From positions 3,169,078 through 3,233,077 of the forward strand of contig NW_019091357.1 in assembly GCF_001949145.1 (NCBI RefSeq): a stretch of 64,000 nucleotides of DNA, read 5' to 3'. Position 1 is the stretch's first letter; the number at the start of each line of letters is the position of its first letter. Source of the DNA: Acanthaster planci (lineage: Eukaryota). A program made the position numbers and the translations under genes. Below are positions 13,801 to 25,600 of this stretch, piece after piece. The notes under the pieces are model-generated. The model did no database searches, had not been told where the DNA came from, and saw nothing but the letters and a program-made list of their open reading frames with translations.

Positions 13801-16670
13801 TGCTGCTTTGCCCTACGTCTTGAGAAGCCCAGATAGCAGCATGAGGTCAGATTTTCTATTCAGTCTGGCTCTCAAGATTGGTTAGTCCATGTCATGCTCA
13901 AGTCCCATTTCAATGGTATCATATTTCAACAGGAAAGTGCCGATGAAGTGTGCGCTTTGGCCCAGCAGATTTTCTACATAGTCTACACGGAGCTGACCAT
14001 GAAATACTTTGATCAGAGCATCATCAGGGCAGCAAGAAACACGTCCCTCGGAAGTGGTAAGGCAGAGCGTGATGAAAACTATGTTACCAAACCAAGCCAA
14101 CCCTAAGTCAGTCTGACGTTGCAAGCACAACATGGTGCACGGATCCTCAGACCTCGTTGCATTTGTACATCATAATTAAGCAGTACTAAATAGTTACTCA
14201 GAGTTTGTCCTGGTAAGCAGTGTCCGTTTGCAATCTTATGGCAGCTAGTGAACTGGGATGCCAAGCCTATTTGGACACGGGGTGGTTGGACCTATTGGGC
14301 GTCACATTAAACAGGCAACGGTTGTGCGTTGTTGAATTTAGAGGGATATAAAATATACCGGCAACACAGATTTCGATCCAAAGTTCATGGATAGGTATGT
14401 GATTTTCATGTTTTAGGACATTTATATGTACCGCTTTACATGGTACTTAGCAGATTAGTATTAATGGTGTACGTGTGGATCAATGTGGGCAGGGGGCTGT
14501 ATGCGTTTTCTTAGCTCCAATTGTTGTGAACAAGTTTCACCGAGAATCAGAAATCCACCAGATTGTAATTATTACCACCTTGATGTCTGCCTAGTTTCGA
14601 GGAGTGTGGTCAGCCGGGCAGCCCTTGATCCTGACGTCTTCCAGCCGCCCCCGTAAGTCTGCCATCTGTGCATTCAATACCTAAATCTAAATCTATTTCA
14701 GTTGATCTTACCTGAGAAGCTGAATTAGTTGGATGTCTCTTAAACCAAGTTTTCTCACATAAAACTTGTGCATTTTTTAATTCAAACTGCTGACATGTAT
14801 CTCTTAGAAAATAACTTTCCTAGCTGAACTTGGACAAGTCATTTCTAAGTTCTTACTGAACTTTGGTAGTGGGCTTGCAATTGCGAGGCATTACTTTCCA
14901 CTATTCTCTTATCAAAATTGAAGTCATGACAGTTGTCAGTTTATTTCTTATCAGCATTGTCCTGCTATTATAATTTTGATTATAATTTGTTATAATTAAT
15001 TATAATTAACATTGTTTTTAGGTCTAGCACAGCTTCGTCTGAGTACCCAGGCTCGCCGGCAATGAGACAGAGCAATAGCATGGACGATCTGAGCGTCACT
15101 GCCAAAGTGTTACTCCAAGAGTACATTGAAGTGGTACGAGAAATGCCTTTGGTGATTTTTAGAGAAACGCACATCCCCGTAGACCTGCACTGAGTCTTGA
15201 TAGACTGATCCATTCGGACCCGCCCTGTTGTTTTCTGACAAATCATGGCCATGATTCATGTCCGACATGCATGCACAAGCACAGCTGGAACGTGTAGTGT
15301 GGTATTGGAGAAGAGCACGCACTATAAAGTGCCCGCATGCACAGTGGCTCTTTAGATCTTTTGTCCAGGTCTTAGTCCAAGTCCCAAAATGGCAAATGTT
15401 CCAGGGTGGGAGTGACCTCTGCTACATTGTTCATCCTGACTAAAGTCTCAATGTGAGTCACCACCAAAAAATTACAAATTCCTGGAAGTGAGTGGACATT
15501 TCCATTTTTTTATCACTTTCCCAGAGTTTTATTTCCCGACCTCCATACAAATTTTAACCTTAAATCTGACTAAGATGAACAACAGATATACAAATCTGTT
15601 GGACCTGTTTGCTTTGAGCAGTCAACGGTAGCAGCATCATCTGTCCATTGTGAGACATTGGAAGCCGATCCCATTGAAGCTGCCTCTGAACTAGGGGCAT
15701 AGTAACCCCACAGCCTCCGAATCCGAGGCTATTTGGCATTGGGACGGTTGGCCTTTTGGATCTCGTCACAGCCAGCGGGTTTCCCACTTGGAGTGGGCAT
15801 GGCAGCTAGTCTGAATTCTGTAAAGATAAGGATCAGCGTGATTTGGATAACTCACTGATGATGTATCTCTGTGAATTTTTTTTCCCTTGTCTCAACAGCT
15901 TCGGAGTAAGCTCTCGTCTGACGAGCTACAACAGTTTGCAGGAATCCTACGTGACTACCGACAGACAGGATCAATCAAGGAGTTCTGCACCAGGCTGCAG
16001 AAGCTTTACGGACCCGATCGAAAGCTGCTCTTTCCAGGTACAGTCAAAAGAACACTGTCAATGAAACGAGTAATTGGAAAAAAATGAGTACGCTTGTAGC
16101 AGACCATATGCGGCTTGTCCTTCAGAAATAAGCGGGAGTTTAACCCTGAGAATTGTCTTGGGAATCTTGAAAAATAAATTCTCTTTGCAGTTCCTTTTGT
16201 TGTGTTCATCTAAGACATCCGAGTATACAATTAAAAAGACCTTGTGGGATACTGTGTTTGTAAAATATGAATGATAAATATCAAAAGATTACCAATCAAA
16301 AATAAGTGCAACCCTGGTAAACTAGGTCCACCTTGTTTCCTTGCAAGTGGTATTTTGTCGGAACGTTCATGCTTCTGCTGGCTGTGTTTATCTCAAAGGT
16401 ATGAGACCCTACATTCCAGAGAAGGACATTGACTACTTTGAGAATGCCCTGGAGAGGATGGGCATCCAGGATGCGGCGGCCAACGGCTACTACTACTACA
16501 CCAGCCCCCATCGCTCAAGGCGAACCAACAGCGAGGCCTCCTCCTCCATTGGAGGGTTCGATATGGGACTCTACAGCCACTCCATCATGTCGGAGCGGGA
16601 TGAGCTAGACCGGGCACTGCAGGACATTTGCAATGAGGTGGAACACCTGGAGACAAGCGTGGACTCGTGA
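7684..16670 (+). CDS. CCM2: Cerebral cavernous malformations 2 protein (malcavernin; PTB + harmonin-homology domain), about 441 aa, complete
   Basis: Eleven exons: 7684-7722 (alternative in-frame ATG 7678), 9769-10023, 12099-12182, 12757-12855, 13024-13111, 13360-13415 (GC donor), 13933-14056, 14595-14652, 15022-15133, 15899-16037, 16399-16670; 1326 nt, phases consistent. CCM2-like motifs: [95 protein letters not shown]. Confidence 0.95.
8372..8710. mobile_element. MITE-like element with about 85-bp terminal inverted repeats (TGTTAC...GTAACA)
   Basis: Left TGTTACACCCCGACTATAGC..AGTCCCAACTATAGTT is near reverse-complementary to right AACTATAGTTGGGACT..GCTATAGTTGGGGCGTAACA, with repeated CCCAACTA/TAGTTGGG. 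A degenerate related copy lies at about 8943-9100. No clean TSD. Confidence 0.7.
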
Positions 16671-16707
16671 GCCTGTACAGCCCGGGGATTCATTCGAGTA
16701 GTTTGGC

Positions 16708-16905
16708 TCTCTGACTCACATTATTAGGTGATCTCTGTGATCACATGAGCAACTGATCTCTGTGACTCACATGAGTAACTTATCTCTGGTCACGAGTAAC
16801 TAATGTCAGTGACTCACTGAGTAAACGTCTCTGTGACTCGCATGAGTAACTGATCTGTGACTCACATGTGTATTAGTGAATACTGTGACTCATGAGTAAC
16901 TGGCC
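16708..16905 (+). repeat. Imperfect minisatellite (unit about 24-26 bp, TCTCTGTGACTCACATGAGTAACTGA) just 3' of the CCM2 stop
   Basis: Roughly 7-8 degenerate units visible directly. Confidence 0.75.
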
Positions 16906-17182
16906 TCTGTTACCATTTGAGTGATGCCTGAGCTTTTTGATGAGCAGGAGAAGCACCTTGTCCGTGCCACCCAAAGTTAAAGTGAAGGCAGCTGACACAG
17001 TGACTGTTAAAAGCGCATGACAATGAGCACGATGTTCTGCACGTGCCCTCTCACCACAAAACAACTGCTCTTCCATCACAGCAGGCACTCTAGAATATGC
17101 ACAGAGTGGGGCTTTTTCCTACAGTATACCTTCCCAACAAACAATACGTAATCTATATGTTGTACAACTCGCATCATGATGA

Positions 17183-17427
17183 GGGTAATTCCAGAAATTA
17201 GGGGTCCAAAAGTGTGACATTTTCGTGTCCCTGTTACATCTTACCTTTGTTGTTTGACATGGAAATATCACCGGAATTGATTTCAAACTATTACTATTTG
17301 TTTGGCAGGTAATTTGCATCAATTCATCACTCTTGGAAATTAGAAAATGTGCTCTGAACTTGCAGAATCATATGTCAGATGTGACAGGGACATGAAAAAA
17401 CTGGACCCCTAATTTCTGGAATTACCC
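17183..17427. mobile_element. Non-autonomous DNA transposon (MITE), possibly Sola2-type, with 4-bp TSD ATGA
   Basis: GGGTAATTCCAGAAATTAGGGGTCCA at the left end and its exact reverse complement ending at 17427; a further inner inverted match (TGTCCCTGT.ACATCT / AGATGT.ACAGGGACA); ATGA on both flanks (17179-17182, 17428-17431). Confidence 0.75.
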
Positions 17428-20400
17428 ATGACAAAGACCTACACACACACCAAATGTTGGACAGATTAGCATGTTGATCTCGAAATATCTTGACTTTTGA
17501 CAGGGATATTTTCCTTATACAAGTTGGGTGGTCTTCACCTGTGATACCCTCTCACTTTAAAGACAAGGAGTGTTGACTTTTAAAAGGGAGTGATGAAATT
17601 GCAGGGTAGACACAACTGGTTATGATTGGCTTTCCTTTTCTGTTGCAATAAAATTAGACCACTGAATTTCACAAATGAGAATTACTGTTTTCCTCTATAA
17701 AGAAACCGATGAGAAATATTTAAACGGGGGAATATACACCTTTCACATGCATCATGTCGCTAGGACCAGTCGCCACGTTCGTGGGAGCAGGGCAGACGTC
17801 GGACCCCACAGTTCTGGGTTAACGGCCACCGACAACCCTTTTTGTGCCAAAATAAGCTACTCACTGGGGGTTTGTGTTTACGGGTATTTTTGGAACCGGG
17901 CACCTTTTATGTTAATACCAGGTACTTTATCAATATGAAGAACAATTTAACAAATGGAATTGGGCTGAATCCCGGCAAACCATGTGCTCGAAAGAGGGCT
18001 TTGTTGGTACATAGGATGCAGCACATTATTTGGAATGTTGGAGGGGAATATCCCCCACCTTTTTACTACCTTGTTAATGTTACCTTTCATTCATAACAAA
18101 AGTACCTCCGTCAATCTCTGAACCAGTTATAACCGTGGCACCGGGTTTTTCAGAGGCACAAGGATTTTTCAGCAGTTCTGTTAAGTTCACATACATTTTT
18201 GGGGGGTTTTTTGTTTTCCGAAAAACATGGAACTGGGTTTTGATATCGACGGGCGACTGAAGCAAAAGTAGTGAAAGACTGCCCCCGTAAGGGTTCAACC
18301 TGTTCTCCTTTGGTGTGCCATGGATTATACATGTACCGAAGCTCAGGAGTGAGGACCGGCAGAATATAATGAAGAATAAGATCTTCAGTTTCATCCTTCC
18401 CAAATTGTAACCATTTTTCAATGCATGCACATAGCTTTTGTTCATTGCCCAGTGAAACCGTTCAAATAATCATCCAGCCCAGGTTGGACGTTGTCCTCAT
18501 TTACACGTCGACTGAATGCAATGTAGACACATTCACGTCTGTGAAGTGAAAAAAAAATGTTAACTCCCCCAAACTTGTTTTTGTCACACATCCGGTGGTT
18601 CCTTTGCTTAACTCACAGAGAATGGGAATTTTTTAAAGCAGCACAACAGCAGTCGAGAGGTTTTGTCTTATTTGAAACTGTAAAGTTGTGCTCGTGTACA
18701 TGTCTTTTAGTGGAGATGTATATTTGTTTGATTTTATAGATAATGATTATTGTGGTACTCGGTGGTTCCCACATCTGTACTTGGTTGTATGCAATTGTGT
18801 TCGTGAAGAAGTGCATTATTTTAATTAAAACATGGGAACTGATTTCCGAAAAAAGGGTCAAATGTTCCCTGTTCAGCTAAATTCGTCCCAAGTTGATCAT
18901 ATTGATGACTTCGGTCGATATACATGTACGTTTATGCACTTCAACATCAACTTGCATTGATTCAAGTCACTGAAAAAGTTGAACATTACTTTTTATTGTC
19001 CACAGTTGAACAAAGGTTCTTTCAAACGAGGAATAAAAATGCATTGTGTTCAAAGATGTTACAGAAGAAGTACCCAGAATAAACTTGAAGAGTAAATGAA
19101 GCTTCTCCTGCTTTGTCATTAATTAAACCAGGTTTCCATTTCACAAGTATAAAGCAAAGCAAAGTCAAAAATGGACAGTGCTTACTAGTGATTGTCAATC
19201 AAAACGGGTGACACACTTTTGACTTCTTTTTCTATTTTGTGTAAAGTAAGGTCTTTGCCTTTGTCTCTTGTTGCTATTTTCTGTGAATTTCAGGCTCAAC
19301 AAAGATGAAAACTATTTTTATGACCCTGATGGCATTCTTTATACACCTTAATTTCCTCTCAACCGTTTGGGGCTTTCAAATTTTAGCTTTGTCTTGGCTT
19401 GTCACAGACACAATGACAGGCAGCCTTTGGAGTTCACAGTTCTATGAGAAGTTGTTTTTTTACAGCCGAGACGCATTGAACTGCACATCAACCAACTGAA
19501 GTAGTTGGGTTTAGTTTGCACACTGGGGGCTGACAAGCAATATCAGAGACAAAATATGCGTTGGGAACAAAGCCAATCTTTGGAAACAAAAAAAGCACTG
19601 CATGTAGCCTTTGCATTAATGACCTACCACCACCTTCTTAAAATCTCTCGTCACAATTCACATTATGACTGGGGTAGCTCTTAAGAGTAAAAAAGTATAT
19701 AAACATACAAAACTATTAACAGAGAAAGCATTCCCCCTATCCTTGCAAGCCCAAAGAGGGCGACCATGGAAGAAATATCAAGTACTACATGCATACTTCA
19801 TTCTCACTGTAAAACCTCTTCAGTCTCAACCACAGTTATCTTCCAAGACCATGAAAATAGGGAGTGCATAATCTGTGTCAAGCTCTATGTTAGGGCAACT
19901 CATACACTAATACCCATTCAAACTACTATCAAGACCTTGAGCAAGGCGTCGATTCCTTTGGTACTAAGTTCACATTTTAGGTTAATGCAGAAACTCGGTA
20001 ATGAAAGTTAACAAGAATTACGCTTCAAACTTAATACTGATATCTGTTGTGCTGGGCTCGTCTCATGCAGCACATCTTTACTGTATATCTCACCTACATG
20101 CACATTCACGTCAAACAACACGCCGAGCACTAGACAGTTTCTTGACCTTCAAAATGCCCCTCCTTTTTTTTAATCTGCAGGCTTATTCAAGCACACGGAA
20201 CTTAAATAAACCATTATTGTAACAGAACTTGAATAATCATTTTAATGGGCCTGGACTTCCCATGCCCAATGCCAAACTGTACATTTACAGTTCCAGAAAT
20301 CATGATACATGTACAGTACTTATTTTGGAGGCCCTGTATGATGGGGGACGCACCACAATGCCGTCCAAATTTTCCAAACATGCTGAATATTCCTCTTTCC

Positions 20401-22662
20401 CGTAATTCCAGCCAAGACACACAAACGCTGCTTTCATCTAGTACTGTTGTCAAATAATTAACAAGTGTCGAGTAATCTGCCAAATACTCAACTGGTTAGC
20501 AGTGAATAAAGCTGGAAAACATGAGACATGGATGGTAATGCACGCAGGAAAGATGTTTAAAAAGCAAGACTTCAGACATTTTTCTCTTTTAAAAATTACA
20601 GTTTAATCAAATAAGCACACAAAAAGCACCTGACAGAGAACTTTTTGAGTGCTTTTGTCATGTAAAAACTTAATATTTCTTAAACTGTGATGGTCTGAAG
20701 TCATCACTTCTTTTGTAATCTTACCTTTGTGCATTCATCGTCCAATGACCACGTTCTTGACTTTTATCCCCTCCTAAACCAATTCACTATTTGGCAGAGA
20801 CCTCTGAGCTTGACTGCCTCTGTCTACTGAAGTACCTTCATACAAATTCAGCCCTAGAGTAAGTTTTATGATTTCTATCATTAAAAATGTCTGAAATAAG
20901 TTTGGCACACGCTCCGTAAGTAAGGTACTTTTGCATGCACTTGTTCAGCCTTTCAAAGCATCTAAAACATCTTGGAATCCCGCTTTCTTAATTACTCTAA
21001 ACATAATTTCAAAAAGATTCCAAAGTTATGGTTTCTGTACATGACAAAACACCTGGCCTAAATGCCACATAAATACAAGTACTGAGAAAAAGAAAATGGT
21101 GAATATATGAAAATAATAACTTGACAGAACGTTTAGAAATCCTTCACTCTGCTGGAACACACAGCATGTTTGTATCCTAACTTCCAAAGGGCATGAAGTC
21201 CCATGCAAATGGCTCAGATCTTTACAATCCTGCAAAATCCTCCAAATCTTTTCAGCGGATTTTAATAGATCTAAAAGAGTTCGGGGTAAAATGCATACGT
21301 CTGTGTAAACAAGGTCAACACATTTCTGATATATGAACAGACGATAGATTTTGTTTCGTAACAAGGCACTTTCAGTTAATTGAAGAAAACTTTTACTGTA
21401 AAGACAGCAGCATTTTTTACTTTTTTTCAGCACCATCTAAAAAGTCACAGTACTAACTGCCAAGTATTTAATTTCAGAAAATAGAAATAAAGATATCAAA
21501 TCTCACAAAAATATTTTTTCTTTTCTTTTTTCTGAAAAGCCTCGTGATATTTCCATGTCAACTTGACAATTATGGAAGACAATGCCACAAACAAGACTTA
21601 AAAAGTTGACCACACATCAGGAGTAAAAATCTGCCAAAGACACATTTACATGCTTTCTTTGAACGTTTGATCACAAATTTTCCAATCATTTTGGAAACTA
21701 AATAAGCCGAGCGTGTGGGGCTAAACAAGAACATAAAAACCGACGACACAACAGAACCATTTGGCAAGCTTGCTGTTCACTACACACAAACTGCGCAAGT
21801 TTTTTGGCTGATATTCCGCAGACACAACCCTTGAAAGCAAACAACATCTGGAACTGCGTATTTACACGATTTATGAATCTGTTCAGAGGAATGCCATATA
21901 ATGCATTTCTTTTCCAGATCCTTTTCGCTGTCGCGTACTCTGTGTCTTGTAAAGACAAATTGTTCCTCTCCGTTGAAAAGCATGCACTAGCGGAGGGATG
22001 CCAGTGATGGGCAAACGCATCCTTGCTGTTATAATTTCACATCACCCTGATCCACAATTTCATCAAATGGGTGATTGCTTCGACAGTCCAACTGTCCACG
22101 GCAACTCTGCTCTCAGTTGCTACGGTAGTTGGTCACGACCGTCTTTAACACTGGCTCTTAAGTTAACGAAACTTGCTTGAGGTGGCCAGGCACACTGAAC
22201 CAGGTTTTGGTTGGAGTTCCTTCTTGGAGTAACCTGTGATCAGCAGCGTAATCCTGGTTTTGAGCCTGGGAAGTAGGGTAGGGCAAGGGACAAGTCCCCC
22301 CCCCTCCATTATGTCTCTTCTTTGTACTTTATCATAAGCTCACAAAAATCACTGACAATGAAGGTACAGACGTAGTGGTGACTTTACAAAATTGTGTTGC
22401 ATAGAATCTTCCAAATAATTGAAATGAAAATAGTCTACAAAATATAGTACCAAGTATTTACAGTAAGTAAATATATATTTATTTATATCATAATATAGCT
22501 CTAAGTACTTGGATACACTTACATACTCATCACATGTGAGCATATAAATATTTCTTTTTTCACAATAATGCAAAACGATATAAATATGAGACAAGCTATC
22601 GTGTACCAGGTCTGTGGAACAGTCCCATCATCTACGGTGATTGGAAACGGAGGAAGATTTGT

Positions 22663-25600
22663 TCATAGCGGTTGAAGACTTGGATCTTGGCAAACGGCAT
22701 CAAAGAGAACTTCCAGAAGTTGGCAAATCTGCTTCGCCTGACCCTGTGAGGTCCATAAAGAAACAGGAGTCCACAGAGGCTATTAACTGTTTTTTTACCA
22801 CTGTGACGTGTGACATGGTATTTGTTACACCTGAGGGACGCATGGCATTCAAATTGAAGTCAAGGGTACCACAAGTCCCAGAGAGCATTTAAAAAGCCCA
22901 GAAAAGCTAGCACGAGAGACAGAATAAACATTTTGCACTATCATTCAAAAGCTGGCCAATTAATTTCAATCTCTGTGCAAAATTGGCCAATACTTGGCAC
23001 TGTGCTCAAAAGCTGGCCAATCAGCTTCACTCTCTGCTCAAACACTGACCAATCAGTTTTACTCTCTGCTCAAATGCTGACGAATCAGCTCCACACTCTG
23101 CTAACAAGCAGACCAATCAGCTCCACTATTCTCAACGGCTGACCAGTCCGCTTCACTCTCCGCTCAAAAGCCAACTAATCAGCTGAACTCTGCTCAACAG
23201 CTGACCAATCGCCTTCACTCTTTCTTCATAATCCGACTAATCACTGCACTCTTTGCTCATTTAGCTGGCCAATTAACACACACCCTTCTCCAAGGTGAGC
23301 CAATTACTCACATCCTGGGCCTCACCTGGTGCTCACACTGAAACAGCATTTAGCTGGCCAATTAACACACACCCTTCTCCAAGGTGAGCCAATTACTCGC
23401 ATCCTGGGCCTCACCTGGTGCTCACACTGAAACAGCAAACAGTCGTACGTGTCCTCCCCTTCTCTGCCAATTTTCATGGCCAGCAGCTGGCTGCCGGTGG
23501 AGTCTTCAAAATGTACGAGACGAATGACCTCAATCAGGCCGAATCTCCAGCGAACGAGCTGATCAGAAGTAAAAGGTCAAGTCAATGACAGCTTCATGCA
23601 AATCAATGTTAAGCATTATGACAGCAAGTCAAGCAGACTGTTTTCCGTTAACATTCCGGGCAAGTTTTACATCAGAACAGGAATTGTCGAAGTCGGCTCA
23701 CAGAGTTTGATATTTGTTCTCGTTTTTTTGTGTTAATTGCTAACTGAATTATTCTACAGTACGTAAGGACAAATAGATGGACAAACTGCTGTGACACCAC
23801 AATTTTACTTTCTGCTTAGCAAATTTTACAGGTTAGAAGCTCAATTATCAATAAACAAGGTTTATGAGCTCTCACAGAATTCTTCAACTGTGTAGTACTT
23901 TTCTCATTTCTACAAATTTCCATGACCTTCAAAAACCAGGAAATTGTACACAATATTCAATGACTCTTCCAAGTTTTTTGCCAGACTAGTTCATACAATG
24001 CAGGTGGTTTGCGCTGATGCTGTATGTTTCAGTCTCTTATGATCCGCTGTCTTTGATCATGTCCAAGTGAATTGGCTATAGCCTTAAATTTATAAGGTCC
24101 CCTGCCCCCTCCCTACCCCCCCCCGAAAAAAATTCCAACGGCATCCACGTAAATTTGTGCCTCACCAGCTTACCTGCGGAGCTGGAGAGAACGCCTCAAT
24201 GATCTTGACGCCGTACTTGGAGAGATTGAGATAAACACAGTCCCGCTGGGTCTCTGCGTGCTTGAATTGGGCCTCCTTCTAAAACGTGAGAATAAAACAA
24301 TAAAAATATCAGTCAGTTCTCATATAACGCATCTCACGGAATGTCTCTGTCCCTATGCACATTGGGCTCACATCATCTGAACATTCCTGAAACCATCTCA
24401 GCTCCCTGGGGAGTACACTAGCCTAATGCAGCCACTTTGGGTGCAAACGGCTAAACAAACCTGTGTCTGCCCTCACAGGTACCCATTTACTCCTGGGTGG
24501 AGAGAGGCACATAGGGGTAAGTGACGTGCGCCAAAGATCACAACAAGCTGCCACCAGCTGGATTTGAACCCCCGACCCTATGGTCAGAAGCTACAAACCC
24601 TAACCACTCGGCCACATCTCCCCAACACTACAACAAGCAACACTGCAATACTAAACTCAAAAACTTTAATTCATGCGACATCGCCGAAAAGCAGACCAAT
24701 GCAGGGGTGGGAGGGAGATCTGGGGCACACCCAGCACAGGGGTTGTACAAATGACAACAAAAAAACTGACTTTTCAGGACCTGTAACGACTTGTTTCAAT
24801 CGTACAGGGAGTTGACAGTCAAGCTATTTGGCATAATATGCACCTAGAACGAGGGACATAAATGTGAGCTATGTCATTTTCGCCCAACTTTTCAGCCTAT
24901 GTGAGAGGTGTAAGCCCTTGTCCGATGCAACACGCTGAAATGCTGTTGAACATTTTGACGCACAAAAAAAAAAGAAATCAGACAATTTCAGGAGGACTTT
25001 ACGCAATGCCACAGAATGAGGGCTTCATGAGGGTGGTTTGCTCGAGATGTGGATATCTCTGACATCTTTTGTTTGCTGAATAAGGTTCACCGCCAAGAAA
25101 ACCCGACGAGCCTGAGCCTCATTGTTGCTCACCTGAGCCTGATCCAGTGCATTGATCAAGTCCACCTCGTCCTCCTCCGAATGCTGGAGACCCTGAGCGT
25201 TGTGAATCATGCCCACGTACCGGACCGAGAAATCTACACTCAGCTCCACTAGAAGGTGATAAAACACAAAAACAGAAGAGCGATTCGACCTGGAAGGTAG
25301 CACCGGTCAATATCCCCAGTACCCTACAAGCAGGGATGGGAAGGTGTGGCAAGCAGGGGGGGGGTTAAGTGTCATATTTCCTGTTAACCCTAACAGTCCC
25401 AAATCCTCCAATTTCAAAACAATTTTACATACACCCTTGGGGGTTAGGGTTAAACTTGCGGAAGTAACAGGTGTCTCCAGGCTAGCTGGATCCAAGACAA
25501 TTCAGTTACCATAGTGGACAAAAATGAACATTGTTGGGGTTGATTTTGGATTGATGAAAGCACGCAATCCAAAATCTCTATCTGATTGGCATATTTTCAG

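Noticed and set aside
16708..16905. Repeat arrays here, at 22950-23257 and at 50243-50340 as CRISPR-like
   Set aside because: Eukaryotic context, contiguous degenerate units, no unique spacers, no cas genes.
21026..21436. 136-aa minus-strand ORF between CCM2 and ICAP1
   Set aside because: AT-rich UTR-like composition, no homology or splice support.
24540..24622. tRNA-like sequences here, at 4860-4934 and at 60540-60612
   Set aside because: A/B boxes are present but I see no convincing cloverleaf, and each continues into a SINE body; called SINE heads, not tRNA genes.
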